In this document: in pieces, positions 28,501 to 36,900 of the stretch
Position numbering within the stretch: the stretch's first letter is position 1
Layout: each line of letters opens with the position of its first letter
From: Chitinophagales bacterium
GTDB lineage: Bacteria > Bacteroidota > Bacteroidia > Chitinophagales > UBA10324
Reading direction: 5' to 3'
NCBI GenBank assembly: GCA_025057275.1
Contig: JANWXQ010000011.1
Span: 33,523-97,522, forward strand
DNA length: 64,000 nucleotides
Notes under the pieces: generated by a model
Databases searched by the model: none
Told to the model about the DNA's origin: nothing
The model's input: the letters and a program-made list of their open reading frames with translations, nothing else
Position numbers and translations under genes: made by a program

Positions 28501-29029
28501 ATTCTTTCTTGCGCACCTTGTATTTGGAAATGCCGGCAGCCTGTTCAAACAGGCGACGGCGCGATCCATCCTTGTCATTGAGCAGGTCGTCAACCATAGC
28601 CAACTCGATGATGGCATAGGAATTACTGGAGATTCCCGTATCAATGAACAACGAGGTGATGTCCTTGAGTCGGCAGGTAACGCCGTTGAGGCGGTATTCG
28701 CTTTCGCCGTTGCGGAAGAAGTGGCGCGAAACGGTAACGGTGTGGTATTCGGTGGGCAGCAGATTGCGGTCGTTCAGAAAGGTAAGTGAAACTTCTGCCA
28801 AAGATGCCGGTTTACGTTTCCGTGTTCCGTTGAATATGATATTTTCCATTTTTTCCGAACGCAGCACGCTGGTTTTTTGTTCGCCCAATACCCAGCGAAT
28901 GGCATCCACGATGTTGGACTTGCCGCATCCATTGGGGCCTACCACGCCGGTAACGGCTTCATTGAAGTGGATGACGGTTTTTTCCGGAAAACTTTTGAAT
29001 CCTTTCAGCTCCAGCGAAACCAGTTTCAT
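25505..29029 (-). CDS. smc: chromosome segregation protein SMC
   Basis: N-terminal MKLVSLELKGFKSF..GPNGCGKSN, long Q/E/L-rich coiled coils, a hinge, and C-terminal LSGGEKTLTAIALLFA..LDEVDAPLD. Start set to ATG 29029 (M7) because the -7 box overlaps the ORF-track TTG at 29047. Confidence 0.92.
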   Translation of the reverse strand: MKLVSLELKGFKSFPEKTVIHFNEAVTGVVGPNGCGKSNIVDAIRWVLGEQKTSVLRSEKMENIIFNGTRKRKPASLAEVSLTFLNDRNLLPTEYHTVTVSRHFFRNGESEYRLNGVTCRLKDITSLFIDTGISSNSYAIIELAMVDDLLNDKDGSRRRLFEQAAGISKYKVRKKESLAKLEATQQDVNRVDDLLFEIENNLKALESQARKAERYYQLKDSYREASIELALHLLEGHKHQLQGLQQQQQQLENELVQHDAWLDELACRLEGEKLRQLEYEQQLTAAGRRLQEFTDALRSKEHQKALLQEALRHDDEQLTRLQELTQRAGQEQHQVQQQAGQLEAGCLHCDEALQRARRDLDAAARELARVKSEYADLKQRQEAHRSQREEAERQLADLQRQLSVCRAQRQSLADEQERAHSDEQQRQEELVQVSASLQTCQQQEQQKHEEVRQLIQAGDLLQQEIEQNETELDRLHDELRAIYRHLDARQNEYNLTKSFLDNLEGFPESIRYLRQHTEWSTHAPLLGDIINCPAEYRVAIETYLDPYLNYYVVRNPEEAWAAISLLHQSAKGRASFFVLSEMEDPPAPLPVPSGTMSALELVEVDRPYQALVQHLLGNVFVLRDDEGAAPVAPRGAVLLAKSGRYIRGAHHLSGGHVGLISGKRLGRIKNLEALEAEIRQQQQEAGELQQTIRALQEDLLQLRSQSQDEALDRVREEWHSIRQEVSALRAHRETLEKASRQYVQHSELRAASLARLQEEERQLLLQLQTADGQLEHLTSRLTELTQQLAASEQQLQIATATYNDLHVQMVRESDQLAARQRELELRRQQLSQLAEQLEAYGAEIQQRTQSRTTGEQALQQLEEELSADRQTQTSLEQQLTQAEQRYYSCRSEISQLEEQHLTAQRNREHTRQLLSEVKDQLNELKLQLQSLRDRMELEFKVSLDGLLERSPDPAQSREELEQKTERLRRRLETFGEINPMAMEAYQEMKQRCEFIQAQKNDLLAARESLLATISEIETTARQRFTEAFESVKGNFQRVFKSLFSEDDECDLVLEDPDNPLESAIQIIARPKGKKPQIIDQLSGGEKTLTAIALLFALYLYKPAPFCVLDEVDAPLDDANISKFNRIVRDFSQKSQFILVTHNKQTMASVDCIYGITMPEEGVSSVVPVDFRHLN

Positions 29030-29044
29030 GCTTTGGATTTGATA

Positions 29045-29052
29045 CAAAGTTA
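29045..29052 (-). promoter_or_regulatory. -7 promoter box (TAACTTTG on the minus strand) for smc
   Basis: Exact TAnnTTTG match 15 nt upstream of ATG 29029. Confidence 0.4.
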
Positions 29053-29140
29053 GCAGCAGCTATAGGGCGCCGGGGCGGATTGTGGATATGTGGAAAACAG
29101 GTTAAGCTAGGCAATGGAGCGGCTACGCCACAAAGCGGAA

Positions 29141-30058
29141 TCAGTCAGGTTTTTGCGCTGCCTGAGCAGCCTGCTGCTTTTTGTAGCGCGCTATGGCCAC
29201 CGGGCTGCCAAATACAAACCACAGCCTTTGCCGCCACGATCGGGCTGATCGCACATCCCGGATCAGGTCGACCAGTTCATGAAAAACAAGATAAAACGGA
29301 TTGGCCGAATGCACCGGCGTGGTCAGTCCATAAACGGGACGTTCCTGTTCAGGAACGTAAGTGCCGAACATGCGATCCCAGATGATGAACGTAGCGCCGT
29401 AGTTTTTATCCAGGTATTTGTCCTGCGATCCGTGATGCACGCGATGGTTGGAGGGCGTGGCAAAGAGGTATTCTATCCAGGGGTGCAACTTGCCGATGTA
29501 TTCGGTATGTACCCAGTACTGAAACAGAACGGCCACCTGATTGACGACAAAAAAGATCATCGGATGAAATCCGGTCAGAATAACAGGAACAAAAAACAGA
29601 ATCTTGAACTGTTGAATCCAGGATAACCGGAATGAAACCGCCAGATTGTAGTGATTGGCGCTGTGATGCGGAACATGGGTAGCCCACCAGATGCGCTGCT
29701 CATGCGAAATGCGATGGGCCCAGTAACTGCAGAAGTCATGCAGAATGTAACAGGGAAAAAACAGCCACCAAACAAAGTGCTGCCGCCAGGGAATCAGGTT
29801 GTAAATAAAAACGGTTAGGGAAAAAAGTACAATTTTCGTCAGGTAATTACTGGCCAGATTGCCCAACCCGATGAGCACCGATCCGCGCAGTTCCGTATCG
29901 TCGTAAATATCGTGGCGGTGCTGCCAGCGGGCCACCAGATATTCCAGAACCGTAAAGAAAATCATTAACGGCACCGCCCACAGAATCAGTTGCGGCGCCT
30001 CACGGTCAATCTGCCTGATTTGTTCAAAAGTAATGGGCGGAGCCCCGAATATGTCCAC
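29141..30058 (-). CDS. fatty acid hydroxylase / sterol desaturase superfamily membrane di-iron oxygenase
   Basis: His boxes HRISHE, HVPHHS and HRVHHG, with several TM helices. Confidence 0.8.
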   Translation of the reverse strand: MDIFGAPPITFEQIRQIDREAPQLILWAVPLMIFFTVLEYLVARWQHRHDIYDDTELRGSVLIGLGNLASNYLTKIVLFSLTVFIYNLIPWRQHFVWWLFFPCYILHDFCSYWAHRISHEQRIWWATHVPHHSANHYNLAVSFRLSWIQQFKILFFVPVILTGFHPMIFFVVNQVAVLFQYWVHTEYIGKLHPWIEYLFATPSNHRVHHGSQDKYLDKNYGATFIIWDRMFGTYVPEQERPVYGLTTPVHSANPFYLVFHELVDLIRDVRSARSWRQRLWFVFGSPVAIARYKKQQAAQAAQKPD

Positions 30059-30144
30059 GTGACGGAAAAATTGGGGCGCAAGATAAGATTTGTTCGCCGG
30101 CTTTTCGGGAAAATAGACGGTTTGCGGGCTTAGGGTCTTCGCAA

Positions 30145-30927
30145 TTAGCCATCGAAAGTGATTTGCACTCCGTCGCGTACCTGAAGGTTGAGCAGCTTGG
30201 CAGCATGCCCCCGGTTGATTGCAATTTCCAGATAACCTCCGGTGTTAAAGAAACACAACATATGACCCTGCTCCACGGATCCGTAATGACTGCTGAGGCG
30301 ATGCAACTCATCGTAACGCTTGAAATGAACGGTAAACGAACGTCCCCGGGCGATGCGGTCAAAATCTTCTTTCCTGATGTTGACGATGCAGTTTCCGAAA
30401 TGATCAACGTGAATGATCTGTCCGCGCAGCAAATCCGGTCCGTGCACCGGCATGCCGAAATGAAGCTCCCGGATATGTGCAGCCGGCCGGGCAAACCGGC
30501 TGGGATCGTTGCCCTTGGCCAGTTGCAAGGCTGCTGCCGTCAGTTCGGGCATGGTTACCTTCAGATCGCTGAGTTCAAGCAGGCCAGGGTCGACGCGGTA
30601 CACCTCTCCGGCAGGTGCTCCCTCCCAAAGCAGAGGCAGCAACCCGTTGTCGGGAGCCACAAACCAATGACTGCAAAAACGGGCTACCAGGGCCGAAACC
30701 TCTTTGCTGCCATAGCCGTTGACCAAGAGCAGGTGTATGGTGTTTTCAGGAAACTGCGCAAATGCCTGACGCAGCACATAGGCTCCCTGCAGCACATTAA
30801 ACGGCTCAATCTGATGCGTAATGTCTACCAGCGTAATTTCCGGATGATTTTTCAGCAGCGCCCCTTTGATGGCGCCGGCATAGGGGTCGCGGGCGCCCAG
30901 GTCGGTGGTCAGCGTTACTATGGCCAT
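30145..30927 (-). CDS. SAM hydroxide adenosyltransferase / SAM-dependent halogenase family protein (DUF62)
   Basis: N-terminal IVTLTTDLGARDPYAGAIKG and an overall length of ~260 aa are typical of the family. Confidence 0.75.
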   Translation of the reverse strand: MAIVTLTTDLGARDPYAGAIKGALLKNHPEITLVDITHQIEPFNVLQGAYVLRQAFAQFPENTIHLLLVNGYGSKEVSALVARFCSHWFVAPDNGLLPLLWEGAPAGEVYRVDPGLLELSDLKVTMPELTAAALQLAKGNDPSRFARPAAHIRELHFGMPVHGPDLLRGQIIHVDHFGNCIVNIRKEDFDRIARGRSFTVHFKRYDELHRLSSHYGSVEQGHMLCFFNTGGYLEIAINRGHAAKLLNLQVRDGVQITFDG

Positions 30928-30978
30928 GCCCTGCTGCTCTGATCGGAACGAGCCGAAAGCAGACGGGGCGAATTTGGT

Positions 30979-30986
30979 TAGTTTTG
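30979..30986 (+). promoter_or_regulatory. -7 promoter box (TAGTTTTG) for phoH
   Basis: Exact TAnnTTTG match. It overlaps the ORF-track TTG start at 30984, which argues for a downstream start. Confidence 0.35.
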
Positions 30987-31001
30987 CATAAACCGTTTGC
31001 G

Positions 31002-31985
31002 TTGACTGAACTCGTTATTCACCTGGATGCCATAGATCCGGTGGATTTGCTTGGAATAAACAATTCACGCCTGCAGCTTCTCCGTAATGCCTTTCCGCGG
31101 GTCAAGTTTGCTTCCAGAGGAAACAAACTGCGCATAGAGGGCAGTAGCCAGGATCTGGAACTGCTGGAAAGCAAAATCAACCAGATGGTGCAGTTTATTG
31201 AAAAATACGGTCGTCTGTCGGACAAAACGGTGGAAGACCTGCTGGCTGATGTGGATCCTTTTGGTGTGGAGGTTCCTGATGCAACCGATGTCATCACCTA
31301 CGGCCCCGGTGGTGCCATCATCAAGGCGCGGACAGCAGGTCAGAAGCAAATGGTTGCTCTTGCCGAAAACAACGATGTGGTTTTTGCCATCGGGCCTGCC
31401 GGAACCGGCAAAACCTACACAGCCGTTGCCCTGGCCGTTCGGGCACTGAAGAACAAGGAGGTGCGCAAGATCATTCTCACGCGCCCTGCCGTTGAAGCCG
31501 GCGAAAATCTGGGTTACCTGCCCGGCGATCTGAAAGAAAAAATTGATCCTTACCTGCGCCCGTTGTATGATGCCCTGGATGATATGATCCCTATTGAAAA
31601 GCTTAACTACTATATGAGCAACCGCATCATTGAAGTAGCGCCATTGGCGTTCATGCGGGGTCGGACGCTGGATCATGCCTACATTATTTTGGATGAAGCC
31701 CAGAATACCACCGAGCCGCAGCTGAAAATGTTTCTGACCCGAATTGGTCCCAGTGCCAAATGCATCATTACCGGCGATATAACCCAGGTTGACCTGCCGC
31801 GTCATCAGCGAAGCGGCCTCATTAAGGCGCTGACCATCTTGCAGGGCGTGGAAGGCATTGCCGCCGTGCACCTTTCCGAACGCGATGTGGTGCGGCATCC
31901 GTTGGTAAAACAGATCATTCGCGCTTACGAAGAAGCCGATAAAAAAGATCGCGAAAATCAGCCCTCCGGAGAGCCGAACCCTTAA
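31002..31985 (+). CDS. phoH: PhoH-family ATPase
   Basis: Walker A GPAGTGKTY; ILDEAQN; GDITQVDLP. The ORF track starts at 30984 (TTG). I prefer the in-frame TTG at 31002, downstream of the -7 box, but the start is uncertain. Confidence 0.85.
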   Translation: MTELVIHLDAIDPVDLLGINNSRLQLLRNAFPRVKFASRGNKLRIEGSSQDLELLESKINQMVQFIEKYGRLSDKTVEDLLADVDPFGVEVPDATDVITYGPGGAIIKARTAGQKQMVALAENNDVVFAIGPAGTGKTYTAVALAVRALKNKEVRKIILTRPAVEAGENLGYLPGDLKEKIDPYLRPLYDALDDMIPIEKLNYYMSNRIIEVAPLAFMRGRTLDHAYIILDEAQNTTEPQLKMFLTRIGPSAKCIITGDITQVDLPRHQRSGLIKALTILQGVEGIAAVHLSERDVVRHPLVKQIIRAYEEADKKDRENQPSGEPNP

Positions 31986-32016
31986 AGGTCTCTTTTCACC
32001 AGAAGCAGATGAGGTA

Positions 32017-32778
32017 TCAGTGAAGAATAATTTCTTCTTCTGTCAAAAGTGCAAGGAAATGTTCCAGGCCGGCTTGGTGCCGGTCGTTAAGCCGGTACTG
32101 AATGCAATGCAACAGATAATCCGTAATGTTTATTCCATCAAACCTTGCCTGTTCATCGGCGGCTGCCTGCCGGGCCCAATCGGCAACAGAGGAAAATGCA
32201 CGCTCCAGTAAGTTGCCCAGAGAAGGGGTGAGGGTCTGATCTCCGATCCAGGCAGCAAACACAAAGGGCAAACCGGTAAAATTTTTCCACGCCAGTCCCA
32301 GATCATAGATATAAGGAAAACGACACCGCATCCTCAGGGCTTGATCGCCGATGAGCAGTGCCGCCGTGTTTCCTGAGATTTGTGGCTCAAAACCTTCTTG
32401 GGTCTGACGGAAAGTCCAGTTCAGTTTCCAGTAGTGGCGGGCCAGCAACTGCACCAATTGCGCGGACGTGCGCGACCGATAGTCCAACAGCAGCGTGCGG
32501 ATGTCTTCCAGAGGCACCTGCGAGCAGACCAACACCGAGAGTACTTCGCCATCGCAGGCTATGCCGTAAGGGGCCAGCTGGTGCAGTTTGCTGGAGCCGG
32601 CCAAAACGGTAACCGGCACAAGCCCTGCATCCAGTTGACCTGAAGTCAGCAGTTGGGCAATAGCCGCCGGATGATCCAACAGCAGCGAAAAGGAAGCGGC
32701 ATCGGCGCTATAACGCAGCGCATGCACATAAGGTAGTGTGTTGAGAAAGGAAACAGCTCCGATGCGAAACGATTTCAT
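32017..32778 (-). CDS. mqnA: chorismate dehydratase MqnA (futalosine menaquinone pathway)
   Basis: Start set to ATG 32778 (M56), giving MKSFRIGAVSFLNTLPY.., which is typical of MqnA. ATGA overlap with the upstream phosphatase stop. Confidence 0.75.
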   Translation of the reverse strand: MKSFRIGAVSFLNTLPYVHALRYSADAASFSLLLDHPAAIAQLLTSGQLDAGLVPVTVLAGSSKLHQLAPYGIACDGEVLSVLVCSQVPLEDIRTLLLDYRSRTSAQLVQLLARHYWKLNWTFRQTQEGFEPQISGNTAALLIGDQALRMRCRFPYIYDLGLAWKNFTGLPFVFAAWIGDQTLTPSLGNLLERAFSSVADWARQAAADEQARFDGINITDYLLHCIQYRLNDRHQAGLEHFLALLTEEEIILH

Positions 32779-33401
32779 GCCTGAAGATGATCGCGGTTGT
32801 TGAAGAGCCGAAGCTGAAAGCGATGTCCGTCGTAGCAAAGAACGTATAAAGTAAAATTGTGATGCGGGAAATCGTCCATTCGTTCCAAACCAGTACCCAG
32901 CCATACCGATAGCAAGATGCGCATGGCGCGCCCATGCGTGCACACCAGCACCCTTTGGTAGGGACTGCCGATCAGTACTTTTCTAAATTGCTCCATGCGT
33001 TGCTGCACCTGCAGCGGACTTTCCCCTTGCGGGGCAGCAGCCTCAAACTGTCCCTGCTTCCAGGCAGCCAGCAGTTGCCGGTAGGCGCTGCGAAAGGGTT
33101 CGGCAGCCGGCTTGCCCTCAAAAACTCCCCAACTGATTTCGTCCAGATCGCTGCTGGTATGCCAGGTGATGCCTTGCCGGATGAACGGCTCCATGGATTG
33201 CCGGGAACGCAACAGCGAAGAAGTAAAAACGGCATCAAAGCGCAAGGAACCATAGCGGCGGAAAAACAATTGCGACTGCCGTATTCCTTCGGCATTCAGC
33301 GGTGGATCTACCCCGCGCCCCTGCACCATGCCGGAGCGGTTGTAGTCGGTTTCACCATGCCGCACAAGAAAAATTTCTTTTTCAATAGCATGCGTCAGCA
33401 T
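32775..33401 (-). CDS. histidine phosphatase family protein (phosphoglycerate mutase-like)
   Basis: Catalytic LVRHGETDYN and the second His in CTHGRAMR. Confidence 0.8.
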   Translation of the reverse strand: MLTHAIEKEIFLVRHGETDYNRSGMVQGRGVDPPLNAEGIRQSQLFFRRYGSLRFDAVFTSSLLRSRQSMEPFIRQGITWHTSSDLDEISWGVFEGKPAAEPFRSAYRQLLAAWKQGQFEAAAPQGESPLQVQQRMEQFRKVLIGSPYQRVLVCTHGRAMRILLSVWLGTGLERMDDFPHHNFTLYVLCYDGHRFQLRLFNNRDHLQA

Positions 33402-33463
33402 AGCCGGTGCAAATTAAGCAGGTCGGGTTGGCACCCCGGTCCGAAAGCGCCGGTGCATGGGCG

Positions 33464-33471
33464 TATCTTTG
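33464..33471 (+). promoter_or_regulatory. -7 promoter box (TATCTTTG) for mnmA
   Basis: Exact TAnnTTTG match followed by 4 nt and then ATG 33476, which predicts a leaderless mRNA. Confidence 0.4.
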
Positions 33472-33475
33472 CTTT

Positions 33476-34570
33476 ATGAGCCGCGGTCGTGTACTCGTTG
33501 CCATGAGCGGAGGGGTGGACAGCACCGTGGCTGCCGTATTGCTGCAGGAAGCCGGCTATGAAGTCATCGGCATTACCCTAAAAACCTGGGACTATGCTTC
33601 CAGTGGCGGCCAGCGCAAGGAAACCGGCTGCTGCAACCTGGATTCCATCAATGATGCGCGACAGGTGGCTGTGGAAAGAGGCTTTCCGCACTACATTATT
33701 GACATCCGCAGCGAATTCGGCGAATTCGTTATTGAGGATTTCATTTCCGAATACCTGGCCGGCAGAACGCCCAATCCCTGTGTGTTGTGCAATACCCACA
33801 TCAAGTGGGCCGCACTCCTCCGCCGGGCCCGTCAGATGCAATGCACGCACATGGCCACCGGACATTATGCACAACTGCGCCAGCACGGCAACCGGTATGT
33901 GGTAGCCAAGGGAGTGGACGAATCCAAAGACCAGTCCTATGTGTTGTGGGGTGTTGCCCAGGAACATCTGGCCATGACGCTGTTTCCGCTGGGAAGCTAT
34001 CGCAAGTCCCAGATTCGCCAGTTGTGCCTGCAGTGGGGTTATGAATCGTTGGCACGTAAAAGCGAATCGTATGAAATCTGCTTTGTGCCCGACAACGATT
34101 ACCGCGGGTTTCTTCGCCGAAAGGTTCCCGGCCTGGACCAGCAACTGGCCGGCGGAACGTTTCGTGATTTAAGCGGCCGCCTGCTGGGTGGTAATGAAGG
34201 GTATCCGTTTTACACCATTGGTCAGCGGAAGGGGTTGGGCGTAGCCACCGGTCAGCCGATGTACGTCACCGCGGTGGATCCGGAAGCCAATACGGTAACC
34301 TTAGGTCCGGCTGATGCACTGATGCGCACCCGCCTGATTGCCCGTAAAATCAATTTGCAGAAAATGGATCGCATTCCCGATGGCTACCGGGCCCATACCA
34401 AGGTGCGCTACCGCGATCCGGGAACGCCGTCGCGGTTGTATCAGTTGGATGAACAGACGGTGCAGGTGGAATTTGATCAGCCCGTCAAAGCAGTGGCACC
34501 CGGCCAGTCAGCGGTGTTTTACGACGGCGATGAACTGATCGGAGGCGGCATCATTTGGGAGGCCACCTGA
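33476..34570 (+). CDS. mnmA: tRNA 2-thiouridine(34) synthase
   Basis: PP-loop VAMSGGVDSTVAA, and NPCVLCN. Start set to ATG 33476 (M24). Confidence 0.9.
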   Translation: MSRGRVLVAMSGGVDSTVAAVLLQEAGYEVIGITLKTWDYASSGGQRKETGCCNLDSINDARQVAVERGFPHYIIDIRSEFGEFVIEDFISEYLAGRTPNPCVLCNTHIKWAALLRRARQMQCTHMATGHYAQLRQHGNRYVVAKGVDESKDQSYVLWGVAQEHLAMTLFPLGSYRKSQIRQLCLQWGYESLARKSESYEICFVPDNDYRGFLRRKVPGLDQQLAGGTFRDLSGRLLGGNEGYPFYTIGQRKGLGVATGQPMYVTAVDPEANTVTLGPADALMRTRLIARKINLQKMDRIPDGYRAHTKVRYRDPGTPSRLYQLDEQTVQVEFDQPVKAVAPGQSAVFYDGDELIGGGIIWEAT

Positions 34571-34578
34571 TTCGGCAT

Positions 34579-34876
34579 AGTCGTTGACTGCAGTCGTATT
34601 ATTTTTTTCTGTTTATTTATCAGAGATTAAATAATACCGACTACCGATTCTTTTACAAGCATTGTGATGCGGCCAGTAGGGTGTCGAAGCATGCAGTGAT
34701 CCTGCTTTCTGAAGCCCAGCTAAAACGGAAATTAGTATAGTCGGTTACCCTGAAACAAATCACCCCAAGCCGGATGGATATCCCCACTGCGTCAGGCGTA
34801 CAGCTTCTGCTGCAGGTGCGTTTTGGATAGCGTGTTACTTCCAGGGTAGGACTTAGGTATTTCTATGAGTCGTTGA
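34579..34876. repeat. 9-bp direct repeat AGTCGTTGA (34579-34587 and 34868-34876) bracketing an unexplained spacer
   Basis: Both copies were read directly. AGTCG/CGACT also occurs at 34592, 34638 (reverse strand) and 34739. There is an 8-bp inverted pair, ACCGACTA 34636-34643 and TAGTCGGT 34738-34745. Confidence 0.5.
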
Positions 34877-35617
34877 TTACCAGGGCAGCGGATTGCCGTC
34901 GCGGAACAGCTGACCGGTAGGGCCGTCTTTGGGCAACGTGGCTGCCCATACAATTCCGGCCGCTCCTTCTTCCACTGGGCGGGCGCCTCGTTCGGCATCG
35001 CCTGGCCGGGTGGCCACCCAACCCGGACAAACGGCATTGATCAGCACGCCAAAACCCCTTCGTCGTTCTTCCTTAGCCAACCGTACCGTCAGGGCGTTAA
35101 GGGCTGTTTTGGAAATGGAGTAACTGGTGTTAATGCGGACTCCGCTGTTCAGGCCATATTTCATGTCACCAAAGGATCCGGAGCCGCTGGTTACGTTTAC
35201 GATGCGTCCGCTGGGGCTTTGGCGCAGCAGGGGGAGAAAAGCCTGACACATGCGCCAGGCACCATAGAAGTTGACTTCCAGAATCTGCTGTGACTGCGCC
35301 AAGTCAGCCGATGCGACCTCTTCGGTTGATGTTCCGAAAACAGCAGCATTGTTGACCAAAACATCCAGCCGGCCAAGGCGTTCTTTTACCCAGGACGCTG
35401 CCTGATCTATGTCGTTGGCTTCGGTAACATCGAGTTTCAACGGATAAAGAGTGCTTTCCGGATGCTTCTGCAGCAGCAGGTCTGTATTTCGTTGCGCATC
35501 GTCGCCATTGCGCGCTGTGACAATGACGGAAAACCCTTTGGCCGCCAATTGGTGGCACACTTCCAAACCCAGGCCGGTGGTGCGTCCGGCTCCGGTAATC
35601 AATGCGATCTGGCTCAT
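34877..35617 (-). CDS. short-chain dehydrogenase/reductase (carbonyl reductase-like)
   Basis: Motifs ITGAGRTTGLG and NNAA, and YSISK for the catalytic Y-x3-K. Confidence 0.85.
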   Translation of the reverse strand: MSQIALITGAGRTTGLGLEVCHQLAAKGFSVIVTARNGDDAQRNTDLLLQKHPESTLYPLKLDVTEANDIDQAASWVKERLGRLDVLVNNAAVFGTSTEEVASADLAQSQQILEVNFYGAWRMCQAFLPLLRQSPSGRIVNVTSGSGSFGDMKYGLNSGVRINTSYSISKTALNALTVRLAKEERRRGFGVLINAVCPGWVATRPGDAERGARPVEEGAAGIVWAATLPKDGPTGQLFRDGNPLPW

Positions 35618-35667
35618 AGGTACATGGGCTAAAATAAGCCGTGTTTAAGTGGCATAAGGGCAAGCTG

Positions 35668-36189
35668 CTAATAATCTTTACGGGTCGAACAAGGGGCATT
35701 TTTCACTAACCACGATTTTACCGAGTCAGTCCAGGCAGCCTGAGCCGAGGCTATGGTGCCATGGGCGGTGCCTTCATCGTAGGCTACATGCACACTATCG
35801 CAGCGTCGGTTAAACTCATCGAAAAGATCCCGTAGCACGGCACGCGGCACACGGGTTCCTTGCAGGCGGTTCAGGTGGGCGCAAAACAGCCGGGCATACA
35901 CCTCAGTAATGTCAAAGTGCAGTTGTTCGTGCTGAAGAACGGCCGGGTCTTTAACGCGCATCCAGGAACCCTCCGGGTCAAAAGTGGCCTGCACGTCCCA
36001 ACGGGAAAGTACCCCGTTGACCGTTTCGTACGAAAAGCGAATGGTACTGCGCGTTGTGGCTGCCCAGGGACTACCGGATGGAATGCGCCCGCGAAAGTCG
36101 CCATAGGTCAGCGGCCGGTCGGCAGACCAGATAATTTCCCCTCCGCTCAGCGACAGGAGCAACAGCAAAACTCCCGCGAACAGCCCCAT
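35668..36189 (-). CDS. DUF922-like putative metallopeptidase
   Basis: N-terminal hydrophobic anchor and an HExxH motif (LQHEQLHFDITEVYARL). Confidence 0.55.
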   Translation of the reverse strand: MGLFAGVLLLLLSLSGGEIIWSADRPLTYGDFRGRIPSGSPWAATTRSTIRFSYETVNGVLSRWDVQATFDPEGSWMRVKDPAVLQHEQLHFDITEVYARLFCAHLNRLQGTRVPRAVLRDLFDEFNRRCDSVHVAYDEGTAHGTIASAQAAWTDSVKSWLVKNAPCSTRKDY

Positions 36190-36270
36190 GCAGCAAACCG
36201 GAGAAAATTAGAAAATCTTCACAGGGGGCATTTTATTTACGGTGAAGCAGGTCAATCGCTGCGGCAATCG

Positions 36271-36900
36271 ATGATAACGGCCCGGCATACGCTTTGGATG
36301 GACTGGTTCGGACGCTGGTACGTGCCCTGGTTGCTGCGAAGGCATTTTGAGGCCGTGCATTTTTTTGATGCCCCCCAGAACGTATATGAAGCGCTACTCG
36401 TGCTAAGCAACCACCAGAGCTGGTGGGATCCGTTTTTGATGATCCGTGCCAACCAGCATTTCATACATAAAAAATATTTTGTTATGATGTTGGAGCATGA
36501 GCTGCGTCGCCGGCCCTTGCTTCGGCATGCAGGCGCTTTTTCCGTTCGCCCCGGCAGCCGCACGGTTATTCACAGCCTGGATTATGCAGCCGGACTTCTG
36601 CAGCACAACAGCCATCTGCTTCATGTGTTTCCTCAGGGGCAGATCGTTTCGGTCTGTGCCGAGCGGGTGCTGTTTCGTTCCGGCGTGCGCTACCTGTTGC
36701 AGCAGGCCAGGCCCGCATTTCGGGTCTGCTTTTCCGCCTTTTTTATCCATTACTTCAACAAGCCCCGCCCTGAGGCTTTTGCTTTTTTTGCTTTGCAGCA
36801 GGGCCTGTCGTTGTTTTCAGAAGTAAACCAGGCTTATGAGCAGTTTTATCAGCACTGCCGGCAACAAATTGGAAACGAATTTCAAAAGCGCTTTGGATGA
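36271..36900 (+). CDS. lysophospholipid-acyltransferase-family protein, CruD-like carotenoid glycoside acyltransferase candidate
   Basis: Start set to ATG 36271 (M138 of the ORF). H-x4-D box NHQSWWD, and FPQGQI. ATGA overlap with the next gene. Confidence 0.65.
   Translation: MITARHTLWMDWFGRWYVPWLLRRHFEAVHFFDAPQNVYEALLVLSNHQSWWDPFLMIRANQHFIHKKYFVMMLEHELRRRPLLRHAGAFSVRPGSRTVIHSLDYAAGLLQHNSHLLHVFPQGQIVSVCAERVLFRSGVRYLLQQARPAFRVCFSAFFIHYFNKPRPEAFAFFALQQGLSLFSEVNQAYEQFYQHCRQQIGNEFQKRFG

Noticed and set aside
25505-29047. CAG/CTG-rich periodic sequence across smc, with many antisense ORFs, which could suggest repeats or overlapping genes.
   Set aside because: It is explained by the Q/E/L/R-rich heptad coiled coils of SMC. 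No exact DNA repeats were seen.
34792-35037. An 81-aa ORF reaching into the unexplained spacer.
   Set aside because: Two thirds of it overlaps the SDR gene in a different frame on the same strand. The translation is unremarkable, and no -7 box precedes it.
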